Below are positions 37,616-51,867 of a DNA stretch of 64,000 bases, piece after piece. Both the position numbers and the translations under genes were made by a program. Source of the stretch: an uncultured Thermoleophilia bacterium (GTDB taxonomy: Bacteria > Actinomycetota > Thermoleophilia > UBA2241). The stretch spans positions 6,916 through 70,915 of the forward strand of contig CAVTKL010000009.1 in assembly GCA_963735345.1 (NCBI GenBank), given 5' to 3'. Each line of letters opens with the position of its first letter. The first letter of the stretch is position 1. Under the pieces are notes generated by a model. That model was not told where the DNA came from. It searched no databases and saw only the letters and a list, made by a program, of their open reading frames with translations.

Positions 37616-38488
37616 TCACTGTCGCGGTTCCACATGAACGACTACGTCGGCGATCTGCCGGTACTCGCGGCGCAACGTCGCCTCGACGTCGTGGGCGATC
37701 GCGTGACCTTCCTTCACCGTCGTCTCTGGGTCCACCAGCACATGGAGATCCACGTAGACATGGGCTTCCGGACCACGCGTGCGAACGGCGTGGCAATCGA
37801 TCACCCCCGGCACGTCGCGGACACGCCCCTCCACCTCGGCGGCCGGCAGCCTGGCGGCATCCCCCAGCGTCATCATCACGTCGCTGATGATCCCCCAGGC
37901 GGTGCGGAAGATGGCCACCGCCACGAGCAGCGCCACGATGCCGTCGGCCATCTCCCAACCTGCGCGCACAAGCACGAGACTGAGGATGACACCGCTGCTC
38001 ACAAGCACGTCGCTGAGCGTGTGATTCGCGTCGGCCAGAAGGACTTCGCTACGGAGATGACGGCCCGCCCGACGCTCCCACAGCGTGACGAGACTGTTCA
38101 CGCCAAGCGTCCCGAACATGACCACGAAGGAGATGGTCGTGACCTCAGTGGGCAAGCCCCTGCCGAGAAGGCTGTCGATCGCGCCACGGCCGACCGTGTA
38201 GCCCGCGAAGGCCAGCATGACGCCGATGAGGGCGGCCGCGAAGCTCTCGAACTTACCGTGGCCGTACGGGTGTTCGGCATCAGGGGGACGCGACGCGAAC
38301 CAGAGTCCCACGAGACCGACGACATTGGAAGCCCCGTCGAACAGCGAGTGGAACCCGTCCGCCTGCATCGCCGCGGAGTGGCTGGCATACCCGTAGGCGA
38401 GCTTGGCGACGGCGACCGCCAAGTTGAGAAACAGCACGACCCACAGGACCCTGCGGATGCGACGGTAGCGATCGCTCTCCCGCACCAC
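37616..38488 (-). CDS. cation diffusion facilitator (CDF) divalent metal efflux transporter
   Basis: 6 TM helices, HSLFDGASN and HPYGHGK motifs, C-terminal cytoplasmic domain. Confidence 0.85.
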   Translation of the reverse strand: MVRESDRYRRIRRVLWVVLFLNLAVAVAKLAYGYASHSAAMQADGFHSLFDGASNVVGLVGLWFASRPPDAEHPYGHGKFESFAAALIGVMLAFAGYTVGRGAIDSLLGRGLPTEVTTISFVVMFGTLGVNSLVTLWERRAGRHLRSEVLLADANHTLSDVLVSSGVILSLVLVRAGWEMADGIVALLVAVAIFRTAWGIISDVMMTLGDAARLPAAEVEGRVRDVPGVIDCHAVRTRGPEAHVYVDLHVLVDPETTVKEGHAIAHDVEATLRREYRQIADVVVHVEPRQ

Positions 38489-38542
38489 GCGCCTCCCCTC
38501 AAGCGAGCGAACGACCGCCGCTTCCCATGCCGCCTTTGGACG

Positions 38543-39592
38543 CTACGGCCGCGGCACGAGCCCCACGCGCTCGCGCACCTTGCTGAGCGTCCGGTTTGCG
38601 ATCGTCTCGGCCCGTTCGGCGCCGGCCTTCAGGACCTCGAGGGTATACGTCTTGTCCGCCTCAAGTTCCCTGATGCGCTGTTGGATGGGAGTAAGGGCAT
38701 CGACCACGACCTCGCCGAGATCGGCCTTGAAGTCCGCGTAGCCTCGGCCCTCGTAGCGCGCGACGATCTGCTCGACGGTCTCACCGCTCAAGATGCTGTA
38801 GATGCCGAGGAGATTGCTGAGCGCCGGCTTGTCCGGCCCGGGAACGACCTCGCTGCCCGAGTCGGTGACGGCGCGCCGGATCTTCCTGCGGATCACGTCC
38901 GGCGAGTCCGTGAGCGCGATGTAGCTGTTCACCGAACCGGCGCTCTTGCTCATCTTCTTGCGGGGCTCGTCGAGAGCCATGACGCGGGCCCCGACTTTGC
39001 GGATCACCGGCTGCGGCACAACGAAGGCTTTGCCGAAAGCGTTGTTGAAACGCTCGGCGACGTCGCGAGTGAGTTCGACGTGCTGCTTCTGATCCTCACC
39101 GACCGGCACCTCGTCGGCGCGATACAGAAGGATGTCAGCGGCCATCAGGACAGGATAATCGAACAAGCCGACGGGGATGCTCTCCCCCTCGCCGCCCTCG
39201 GTCTTGTCCTTGAACTGGGTCATGCGCCGCAGCTCGCCCATGTACGTGACCGTATTGAGGATCCAGGTCAGTTCGCTGTGCGCCGGTACGTGACTCTGCA
39301 CGAAGACGATGGAGCGCTCGGGATCGATGCCGGCCGCCAGGAAGAGGTTGGCAAGATCGATCGTGCTGCGCCGGAGGTCCGCCCGCTCCTGGTGGACGGT
39401 GATGGCGTGGAGATCGACCACGCAGTACACGCATTCGTGGGTGTCCTGCATCGTCACCCAGTTGCAGAGCGCGCCCAGATAGTTGCCGAGATGCAACGAG
39501 CCCGACGGCTGAATGCCGCTGAACACCCGCGGCTTGCGCACGGGCGCGGCCGGCACGTCGGAGGCGGAGGTGGTGTCGGATGCTTGGCTCAC
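38543..39592 (-). CDS. trpS: tryptophan--tRNA ligase
   Basis: HLGN (HIGH-class motif) and KMSKS present. GIQPSGSLHLGNYLGA. Confidence 0.9.
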   Translation of the reverse strand: MSQASDTTSASDVPAAPVRKPRVFSGIQPSGSLHLGNYLGALCNWVTMQDTHECVYCVVDLHAITVHQERADLRRSTIDLANLFLAAGIDPERSIVFVQSHVPAHSELTWILNTVTYMGELRRMTQFKDKTEGGEGESIPVGLFDYPVLMAADILLYRADEVPVGEDQKQHVELTRDVAERFNNAFGKAFVVPQPVIRKVGARVMALDEPRKKMSKSAGSVNSYIALTDSPDVIRRKIRRAVTDSGSEVVPGPDKPALSNLLGIYSILSGETVEQIVARYEGRGYADFKADLGEVVVDALTPIQQRIRELEADKTYTLEVLKAGAERAETIANRTLSKVRERVGLVPRP

Positions 39593-39737
39593 GGGCGTGG
39601 AGTCTATCCGAGCCGAGGCTGACGGGCCACCGTTGCCGCCCTTACCCCACGCTGTTACCCTCGCGCTGCCAGACGCCGCGCGACGCCCGACCGTGTCGCG
39701 CCGCGCGACGACTCATCGATCATACGAGGGGTGGAAC

Positions 39738-40925
39738 ATGAAACGCGCCGCATGGACCGTCCTCAACCCGGCGGGCAGCCGCAGGGTCATCGTCACGAAG
39801 ACGCTGCCGGGCTCCCGGTGGCAGCGTCTCCTGATCGCCGCGGACTGCCGTGTCGAGGTGGCGGAAGGAACGCGCACTCTGGGCGAGGAGGAGCTCATTG
39901 CGGGCATCGGCGATCGCTGCGACGCCGCGATCGGCCAGCTCACCGAGCCTTGGTCGGCGAGCGTGCTCCGGAACCTCGCCGCTGCCGGAGCCCTTGTCTA
40001 CAGCGCCTACGCCGTGGGCTACGACAACGTCGACGTGCCCGCTGCGACGCGTCTCGGCCTGCCCGTCGGCAACACGCCGGGAGTACTCACCGAGGCTACG
40101 GCCGAGATGGCGGTCGCCCTCACCTTCGCCGCGGCGCGGCGTGTGGCGGAGGGCGACCGGCACATGCGCGTCGGCGCGTTCTCGGGTTGGCTGCCGACGC
40201 TGCTGCTTGGCGAGCTCCTGTGGCGCAAGACGCTCGGCGTGGTGGGCACGGGGCGCATCGGCGCCGCCTACGCACGCATGATGCTTGAGGGCCACAAGAT
40301 GGACCTCGTGTACTACAGCCCGAACGCGAGCGGGGACCTCGAGCGGCATGCCGCCGAGTACGGGGCCTTTCTCTCGGCACGGGGCGAGGCACCGGTGTCT
40401 TGCCGACGCGCCACGACCCTCGTCGAGTTGCTGCGCGGAGCCGATGTGGTAAGCCTGCACCCTGCACTCAATGAGGCCACGCGCCATCTCATCGGACGTC
40501 CCGAGCTCGCCGCCATGAAGGAGACCGCGGTGCTCGTCAACACAAGCCGCGGTCCCGTCGTCGATGAGGCTGCGCTGATCGACCACTGCCGCACCCACCC
40601 GAGCTTCCGTGCCGGGCTGGACGTCTACGAGGACGAGCCTCTCATGAAGTCCGGGCTCGCCGAGCTCGACAACGTGGTGCTCACTCCCCATCTCGGCTCG
40701 GCCACAAGCTGGACACGCGAGGGCATGGCGACGCTCGCGGCCGCGAACGTCGCCGCGATTCTCAGGGGCTGGCCGGTCTGGCCGAGGGCGAAGACGCTCG
40801 CCGACATCCTGCCCTTTCTCGAAGACCCCGCGCCGCAGGCCGCGCCGAGCATCGTCAACGCGGACGCGTTGGGGCTGCGCAGGCTTCCGCCGACAGCCGC
40901 GGATGATCACGCGGAGGCGTCGTGA
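39738..40925 (+). CDS. D-isomer-specific 2-hydroxyacid dehydrogenase (glyoxylate/hydroxypyruvate reductase-like) with a C-terminal extension
   Basis: Start at the internal Met (MKRAAWTV). NAD-binding motif GVVGTGRIGAAYA and catalytic R/E/H residues. The extra 60 or so C-terminal residues are unexplained. Confidence 0.8.
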   Translation: MKRAAWTVLNPAGSRRVIVTKTLPGSRWQRLLIAADCRVEVAEGTRTLGEEELIAGIGDRCDAAIGQLTEPWSASVLRNLAAAGALVYSAYAVGYDNVDVPAATRLGLPVGNTPGVLTEATAEMAVALTFAAARRVAEGDRHMRVGAFSGWLPTLLLGELLWRKTLGVVGTGRIGAAYARMMLEGHKMDLVYYSPNASGDLERHAAEYGAFLSARGEAPVSCRRATTLVELLRGADVVSLHPALNEATRHLIGRPELAAMKETAVLVNTSRGPVVDEAALIDHCRTHPSFRAGLDVYEDEPLMKSGLAELDNVVLTPHLGSATSWTREGMATLAAANVAAILRGWPVWPRAKTLADILPFLEDPAPQAAPSIVNADALGLRRLPPTAADDHAEAS

Positions 40926-41050
40926 GCCCAGCCTGTGACTGGCTGCCACATGTGACTCCTGGAGCAAGACTCCCTCGATAGGGTCGTCGCTGTGCCTCAG
41001 GGGACGACGAGCAGGACGCCAAAGAGCGCTCTCTGACCATCCGCCTCGCG

Positions 41051-41093
41051 GAACAGGCGGGCGGGGTGGCGGCGCCACCCCGCCCGCCTGTTC
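41051..41093. terminator. perfect 43-nt palindrome (21-bp arms); bidirectional terminator candidate between convergent genes
   Basis: GAACAGGCGGGCGGGGTGGCG|GCGCCACCCCGCCCGCCTGTTC. Confidence 0.6.
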
Positions 41094-41126
41094 CTTCGCA
41101 AGGGCAGATCAGCGCCCCGCAGGCAC

Positions 41127-41732
41127 TCAGCCGCCGTAACGGACGAGCAACGCCTCGAAGGCGTTGAGATGGTTCTCAGAACCACGCAGCAGATTCGCAT
41201 AGACCCTGTCGAGATCGGCGTTCTTCGTCTCGGCCATACGGGCCTTCAGATCGGCGATATCCAGCTCCTCGATGGCGATGCCGACCTTGAGAGCGGCAAC
41301 GAGACTATCGTCGCCTTGGTCGAGGAGTCTGGCATACAGATCCTGAAGCTCGGCATTCTGGTAGACGTCCGGCACGTCGGGGTCGGCGGGGTCGGCCAAG
41401 CCGTAGCGATCCAGGAGTCGGTCTACCGCGGCCATGTGGCGGGCCTCGGATGCCGCGATCCTGGTGAAGGCGCGTACCGGATACTGCGCGCCGAGCTCCT
41501 GATAGACGTCGCGGGCGAGCCTCTCCTCTTCGCGCATTCACGCCAGCCCCGCGCTCTCGGCCTCTGTCAGCGTCGCCGTGGCCGGGGTGGCACATGCCGT
41601 ACAATCGGCGTTCCGCTGAGCGGCGCCGGCCGCCGCACTCACATCCGGTCCTGAAAGAGCACCGAACGCCACGACTGCGGCGACGGCAACCCCAGTGGCG
41701 CCGGCTAACGCAATCAACCTCTTCATCCTCAT
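41127..41732 (-). pseudogene. DUF2202 ferritin-like protein split by an in-frame TGA between the signal-peptide part and the DUF2202 domain (pseudogene, readthrough, or sequencing error)
   Basis: ORF 41538-41732 (MRMKRLIALAGATGVAVAAVVAFGALS... signal peptide ...TLTEAESAGLA) stops at TGA 41538-41540. It is immediately followed, in the same frame, by ATG 41537 starting MREEERLARDVYQEL, the canonical beginning of the DUF2202 domain. Confidence 0.5.
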
Positions 41733-42006
41733 CCTGTGTCTCCTTTCCGCTACGTCTTGTGCGTCGAGGATCACCCCGACCTCGCCACACAACCTTCGCG
41801 AGAAGTCTGTGCAAGGGCTGTGAGTTACCCCCTGGGGTACTGTGAGTGATCCGCGCGCGGCGTCTCTGAACAAGACTCCCGCTCTCAAGGCGGGGAGGCG
41901 AAGAGGCAGGCCTGATGCGGGGACGCCAACTGGTCAGACGATGCGGAGACCGTGTTCGTGGCACATGCCCCAGGGCGAACGAGGATCCCTCACGCGAGCC
42001 TTGGAC

Positions 42007-46912
<4,906 letters not shown>

Positions 46913-47042
46913 TCAGGAAACGGCCCGGGTGCTGCTGTGAGTATAGCAGATTCGGGGTTGGGGAGCGAGCCGCAGACACTCAAGAAACTCCTGCAAAGAG
47001 ACCACTTATTCGGCCCTTCGAAGAAGACCGTGGAGATAGGTG

Positions 47043-47531
47043 TCAGTGATCCCCTGAAGAGGCTCGCAAGGCCGCCTCGATGGCGGCGCGGAGGTGAGGA
47101 TCACGCACCTCCACGGCCATCGCTCTGGCGCCCTCAAGAGCTTCACCGGAGAGTCTCTCCGCGGGCTCCTTCGCAGGCTCCGCAGGGCGCTCCGAGTCAT
47201 CGGGGGGGCGCACAATGCGTTCGACCACGAAACGCAGCCGCTTCACGGGCTGCCCCGGCGCGACCTCGTCCATGTGGGCGAGTATCTCGCCGCTGAGATA
47301 GGTCAGCTCATTCGCCCAGATCGACGACGCGCACTCCACCGTGAGCACGCCGTTGAAGAAGCGGCTGGGGCGCGCGCAACTGGAGACGGGCGCGCCCGAG
47401 GCTCGTGTCCAGGCACTGAAGGCGCGCGCTTGATCGCTTCCGGCGAGGCGCTGCAGAGCGGGATCGAGGATCTCGCTGAGCGGTCTCGGCAGACTACTGC
47501 GCTGCCGCTCGGTGTCACCCTCACGACTCAC
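47043..47531 (-). CDS. dciA: DUF721/DciA-family protein (putative replicative-helicase loader)
   Basis: 162 aa. DUF721 hallmark WANEL within VLTVECASSIWANELTYL. Conserved recF-gyrB position (as Rv0004 / YaaB). Confidence 0.7.
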   Translation of the reverse strand: MSREGDTERQRSSLPRPLSEILDPALQRLAGSDQARAFSAWTRASGAPVSSCARPSRFFNGVLTVECASSIWANELTYLSGEILAHMDEVAPGQPVKRLRFVVERIVRPPDDSERPAEPAKEPAERLSGEALEGARAMAVEVRDPHLRAAIEAALRASSGDH

Positions 47532-48778
47532 AGCGCATCAATCGCCGGCGTCGAGGGTCCGGCCGCTTCCGCCGGCGCGTCCCGCGACGCCGGGTCCACG
47601 GATCCCTGCAGTGGCAGTTGGATCAGCGTCGCTTGAGCCAACTCCTCCTCTGTGAAGTACTGGCGATTGGTGGTCGTGATGATCGTTTGCCCTGCCACCG
47701 ACAGTTGGCGTATCAGCAGCCTCCGGCGCGCGTCGTCGAGTTCACTCATGACATCGTCGAGAAACAAGGTGCCGACCGCATTCGTCCTGGCGGCCGCGAC
47801 CTCCTGCTCCGCGAGGAGCAGGGCGAGGACGGCGAGACGCTGCTCGCCCTGAGACCCGAACAGCCGCAAGTCCCGCCCTCCCGGCGGCAGTTCGACCGGC
47901 CCGCAGACCGAGCCTGCAAGATCCGCGGTCTGAGCCGGCGGGCCGGAGCCGCCCGACGAAGGCGTGGCGGCTTCGAAGAACCGCAGATCATCGCGGTGCG
48001 GACCATACAGCGACAGACCCCGGCTGATCTCTCCAGGACGGCGACGCAGCAACTCGTCCCGGAGAGCGTCTTGCTCAAACCCGACGGCCTCGAGCTGCGT
48101 CACGAGTTGTAGCCGGTAGGTCTCATTCTGCGGAGTCAATGCGGCGGCGGCGGCCGTGTAGCGACCGCCGAGCTCCACGACCAGGTCGCGGCGGCGGCGG
48201 CCAAGCTCCGTGGCGGCGCGCGCGAACTGCGTGTCCCAAGGGTCCAGGCCGCGCGCTGAAGCACCGGCCTTCACCGACGCCAGTTGGGCGTTACGTTGCC
48301 GCAACGCTTCCTGCAGGTCACGAACAGCGGCCGCGTATTGTTTGTCAAGAGCGCCGGCGTAGGTGTCGAGATGAGCGCGACGCCGGGCCGGACTGCCTTT
48401 CACCAGCAGGAGACTCTCAGGCATGAAGAGTGAGATCTGGCTGCGACTGCGCAAGTCCTCCAGTGAGCTCACCTCGACGCCCGACCAGCGCACGCGCTTG
48501 CCCTCGCGCGGCGCGTAGCCGAACTCGACTTCTGTTGGCGCTCTGGAGCCGCCCTCGAGCGTCAACTCAATGCGGGAGAAGTGGGCTCCCCACAGTACGA
48601 GCTTCTCTTCGCGCCGGGTGCGCGGAGAGGCGCCACGCAGTGCGAACCAGGCGCCCTCCAGGAGATTCGTCTTGCCGGTGGCGTTCGCGCCCACCACGAC
48701 ATTGAGGCCGGGGCCGAAAGCGACAACGGCATCACAGTACGAACGGAAATTGATGAGCCTCAGTCTGGAGACGAACAC
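47528..48778 (-). CDS. recF: DNA replication and repair protein RecF
   Basis: GTG start. Walker A GANATGKTNLLEGA. Confidence 0.9.
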   Translation of the reverse strand: MFVSRLRLINFRSYCDAVVAFGPGLNVVVGANATGKTNLLEGAWFALRGASPRTRREEKLVLWGAHFSRIELTLEGGSRAPTEVEFGYAPREGKRVRWSGVEVSSLEDLRSRSQISLFMPESLLLVKGSPARRRAHLDTYAGALDKQYAAAVRDLQEALRQRNAQLASVKAGASARGLDPWDTQFARAATELGRRRRDLVVELGGRYTAAAAALTPQNETYRLQLVTQLEAVGFEQDALRDELLRRRPGEISRGLSLYGPHRDDLRFFEAATPSSGGSGPPAQTADLAGSVCGPVELPPGGRDLRLFGSQGEQRLAVLALLLAEQEVAAARTNAVGTLFLDDVMSELDDARRRLLIRQLSVAGQTIITTTNRQYFTEEELAQATLIQLPLQGSVDPASRDAPAEAAGPSTPAIDAL

Positions 48779-48975
48779 ACGCGATACTCCACTCCCTGCA
48801 CGGCGACCACGTCATCAAGCTGGAGAATCCGGCCGCGGCGCTGCTCAAGTTCACCGTTCACCGTGACCTCGCCACCTTGCACCAGGATCTTGGCGTGACC
48901 ACCCGTACCTGCAGCGCCGGCGAGTTTGAGAAAGGACCCCAGCGACAGCGGTCCGCTGACGAAGACGTCGTTCAG
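48760..48975 (-). CDS. yaaA: S4-like RNA-binding protein YaaA/RlbA homologue (small hidden gene, about 70 aa)
   Basis: Reverse-complement translation of the dnaN-recF gap: (L/M)NDVFVSGPLSLGSFLKLAGAAGTGGHAKILVQGGEVTVNGELEQRRGRILQLDDVVAVQGVEYRVCSSPD*. It aligns along its length with B. subtilis YaaA as recalled from memory (ITLGQFLKLA..GG.AK..L....V.VN.E.DNRRGRKL..GDVV...G). No in-frame ATG/GTG/TTG is available upstream; the best start is CTG at 48975-48973, adjacent to the dnaN stop. It overlaps the recF start by 19 nt. It is missing from the ORF track for this reason. Confidence 0.6.
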   Translation of the reverse strand: MNDVFVSGPLSLGSFLKLAGAAGTGGHAKILVQGGEVTVNGELEQRRGRILQLDDVVAVQGVEYRVCSSPD

Positions 48976-50084
48976 TTGCTCAACCGGATCGGCATGATGA
49001 GGTATGTGAAGTCTTCGCCGGCGCCACTGATGATGCCGGGGCGCAATGGGCTGGTGAAGCGCAGAATCACGGCGGCGTCATCAACGGCGTCGATACCCTC
49101 TATGAGGTACACGGGACTGAACCCGATCTCGAAGGGCTCGCCTGAGAAGTCCACCTCGAGCACCTCTTCAGCTTGACCGACATCCTGCGTCAGGGCCTTC
49201 ATCGTCAGTTTGTGGTCGGCGAACGATAGCCGCAGCGGCACGCTCTTCTGGGCAAGGAGGCTGACGCGCCTGGCCGCGGCCATGAGCTCGTCCCTTCCGA
49301 GGCGCACCTCGTGGTCGAACGCATCAGGAATGAGCTGCCGGTGGTTGGGGAATTGGCCGTCGATGAGGCGCGAGGCGACCCACACTGTGCCCGTGGGTCC
49401 GGCCAGCCGGAAAAGGGCCTGGTTCGCGGTGATGCTGATATCGATCTCGCCGGAGCCCATCGCGGACGCGAGCCGCGACACTTCGGCAAGCGCCTTCACA
49501 GGGACGATCGCCTGCACTTCCGTCGCCAAGGCGTGATCGAGCTTGGTCTCCTTGACCGCCAAACGGTAGCTGTCGGTGGCCACCATTCTGAGTGTATCTC
49601 CGAGAATCGTCATCAGGACGCCCGTGAGGATAGGCCGTGTCTCGTCGCGTGACGCCGCGCGGCCGACCTTGTTCAGCGTCTCGATGAACGGCTCTCGGCT
49701 GACGGAGAATCCGTCGCCGACCTCGAACGTCGACGTCTGCGGGAAGTCGCTCGCCGACCAGGCATTGAGGGAGAACTTCGCCTCTCCTGCGCGGACTTCG
49801 AGGGCCGTCTCGCCGGCTTCGATCATCACTCTGTCTGTGGGCAGGTTCCTCACGATATCGGAGAAGAGACGCGCCGGGATGACGAGTTCGCCGTCCCGCT
49901 CGACGTCAATCGCAAGGCTCGCCTTGATCGAGAGTTCCATGTCGGTGGCGAACATGTCGAGGCGTCCGTCGGCGGCCTGAAGAAGAATGCCGGAGAGCAC
50001 AGGCAGAGCACTGCGCGTAGACACGCCTCGGGCGAGGATCGTCAGTTTGTCGACGAGCTGTGAGCGATCACACGAGAACTTCAT
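48972..50084 (-). CDS. dnaN: DNA polymerase III beta sliding clamp
   Basis: 370 aa, three-domain clamp. MKFSCDRSQLVDKL N-terminus. Confidence 0.95.
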   Translation of the reverse strand: MKFSCDRSQLVDKLTILARGVSTRSALPVLSGILLQAADGRLDMFATDMELSIKASLAIDVERDGELVIPARLFSDIVRNLPTDRVMIEAGETALEVRAGEAKFSLNAWSASDFPQTSTFEVGDGFSVSREPFIETLNKVGRAASRDETRPILTGVLMTILGDTLRMVATDSYRLAVKETKLDHALATEVQAIVPVKALAEVSRLASAMGSGEIDISITANQALFRLAGPTGTVWVASRLIDGQFPNHRQLIPDAFDHEVRLGRDELMAAARRVSLLAQKSVPLRLSFADHKLTMKALTQDVGQAEEVLEVDFSGEPFEIGFSPVYLIEGIDAVDDAAVILRFTSPLRPGIISGAGEDFTYLIMPIRLSN

Positions 50085-50395
50085 CCCGACTCCTTATGAC
50101 AATCAAGAGAAGAGTTTCTCTTCATCATCGTCATAGCACCTGTTGACAATGCGGAGAGCGACGCTTCTTCCTGCACTGGGGCGTCATTGGCCTCTGCAGG
50201 GATCTGTGGACAAATACACGGGATCGGGCGCGTTCTCCGCAGCCCCCTGCGGTACAGGCGAAGCATAGCGGATTTTCATGTTGAGACGACGACAATATCC
50301 ACCGTCAACGCGAGGCTCTTCACACTTGCATGTGGAGAGGCGCCGGGGTCCTCTCGTGAGTCACTCGCGAGATCGTGCCCGGAAACGGAACCCCG
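50085..50395. promoter_or_regulatory. dnaA-dnaN intergenic region with DnaA boxes and the most AT-rich stretch of the window (oriC candidate / DUE)
   Basis: Perfect TTGTCCACA (rc at 50206-50214), TTGTCAACA (rc at 50141-50149) and weaker boxes near 50295 and 50331. AT-rich runs at 50091-50150 and 50250-50300. Confidence 0.6.
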
Positions 50396-51838
50396 TCAGC
50401 GGCTGGATCGTAGCCGTGTGCTGATAAGGTCGATCAAGTCTTGGAGTTGCGGATCGTGGCCGTCCTTGAGTTGGCGCTCCACCTTGTCGACCGCGTAGAT
50501 GACCGTCGTATGGTGGCGTCCCCCGAAGCGTGCGCCTATCTGCGGCAGCGAGGTCTCCGTGAGTCTGCGCGTCAGGTACATCGCGATCTGTCGGGCATAG
50601 GCGACTTCCTGAGTGCGACGGTTGCCGCGCAGGTCGTTGACGTGAAGCCCGAACTGCCTGGCCACCTCCGCCTGGATCATCTCGACGGTGATGGCGTGCT
50701 GGTAGGCCTGCGGGACGATGTCCTTGAGCGCTTCCTTGGTCACGTCGAGGGTCACCTCGACGCCGCGGAACGAGGCGAAACTGACCACACGGGTGAGCGC
50801 GCCATAGAGCTCGCGGATGTTGGTGGTGACACGGGAGGCGATCCACTCAAGGACTTCCGGCTCGCGGATCTGGAAGCCTTCCCACTTCACGTGCTTGCGG
50901 AGGATCGCGATGCGCGTCTCCAGGTCAGGCCGGCTGATGTCGACGACCACACCCTGGCCGAAGCGAGAGCGCAAACGCTCTTCGAGTTCCACCAACTCGC
51001 GTGGCGGCCGATCGGACGTGATCACGATCTGCTTGCCCGCCTCGTAGAGCGCGTTGAATGTGTGGAAGAACTCGACCTGCGTCTGCTGCTTCTCGACGAG
51101 AAACTGGACGTCGTCGATGAGCAGGACGTCGTTCTGGCGGTACGCCTGCTTGAAGCCGTCGATGCGGTTCTTGTCGGTGACGGCGTTGATGAAGTCGTCG
51201 GTGAAGCGCTCCACCGTCACGTACTTGACCTGCAGATCAGGGTGCTGCTGGTGTGTGGCGTGAGCGATGGCCTGGATGAGATGGGTCTTGCCGAGCCCGG
51301 TGTCGGCGTAGATGAACACCGGGTTGTACGCGGTCGCCGGCGACTCGGCGACGCTGCGCGCCACAGCCGCCGCGTACTGATTGTGCGGCCCCTCCACGAA
51401 GCGGTCGAAGAGGTAGCGCGGATTGAGGTCGCCAGAGGCTTGGGAATGGCGCGTCTCAGGAGCGACGCGAGAGGCCTTCGCCGTGGGTCCTCGCTTGTTC
51501 GGGGCAGGGTCCTCCCCCTCCGTTGACACGGGACCCAGGGACGGCAGCGCCGCCGCACGAGCGTCGACGACGACGCGCACGCTCACTGCGTCGCCAAGCA
51601 CTTCGCTGAGCGCCTCGGCCACCATCCCGGCGAGGCGCTTTTCGATCCAGTCCCGGGCGAAGTCGTTGGGCACGCCGATGACGAAGGCTCCATCATCGAG
51701 ACCGAGAGGCAGCGTGCGATCGAACCAGAAGCGGAAGGCGGATTCGTTGAGGCGTCCGCGAAGATGGGCCTTCGCGGTGTCCCAGATGAGTGTCAGTTGG
51801 TCGTCCGTGGCCGCCTCGTGGTGTGATTCCCCGAACAC
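50396..51838 (-). CDS. dnaA: chromosomal replication initiator protein DnaA
   Basis: 480 aa. AAA+ Walker A GDTGLGKTHL and a C-terminal DNA-binding domain (VAYARQIAMYLTRRLT). GTG start 29 nt after the upstream gene stop. Confidence 0.95.
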   Translation of the reverse strand: MFGESHHEAATDDQLTLIWDTAKAHLRGRLNESAFRFWFDRTLPLGLDDGAFVIGVPNDFARDWIEKRLAGMVAEALSEVLGDAVSVRVVVDARAAALPSLGPVSTEGEDPAPNKRGPTAKASRVAPETRHSQASGDLNPRYLFDRFVEGPHNQYAAAVARSVAESPATAYNPVFIYADTGLGKTHLIQAIAHATHQQHPDLQVKYVTVERFTDDFINAVTDKNRIDGFKQAYRQNDVLLIDDVQFLVEKQQTQVEFFHTFNALYEAGKQIVITSDRPPRELVELEERLRSRFGQGVVVDISRPDLETRIAILRKHVKWEGFQIREPEVLEWIASRVTTNIRELYGALTRVVSFASFRGVEVTLDVTKEALKDIVPQAYQHAITVEMIQAEVARQFGLHVNDLRGNRRTQEVAYARQIAMYLTRRLTETSLPQIGARFGGRHHTTVIYAVDKVERQLKDGHDPQLQDLIDLISTRLRSSR

Positions 51839-51867
51839 CCTGGCTATCCGCGGGGATCCCTCGTCAG

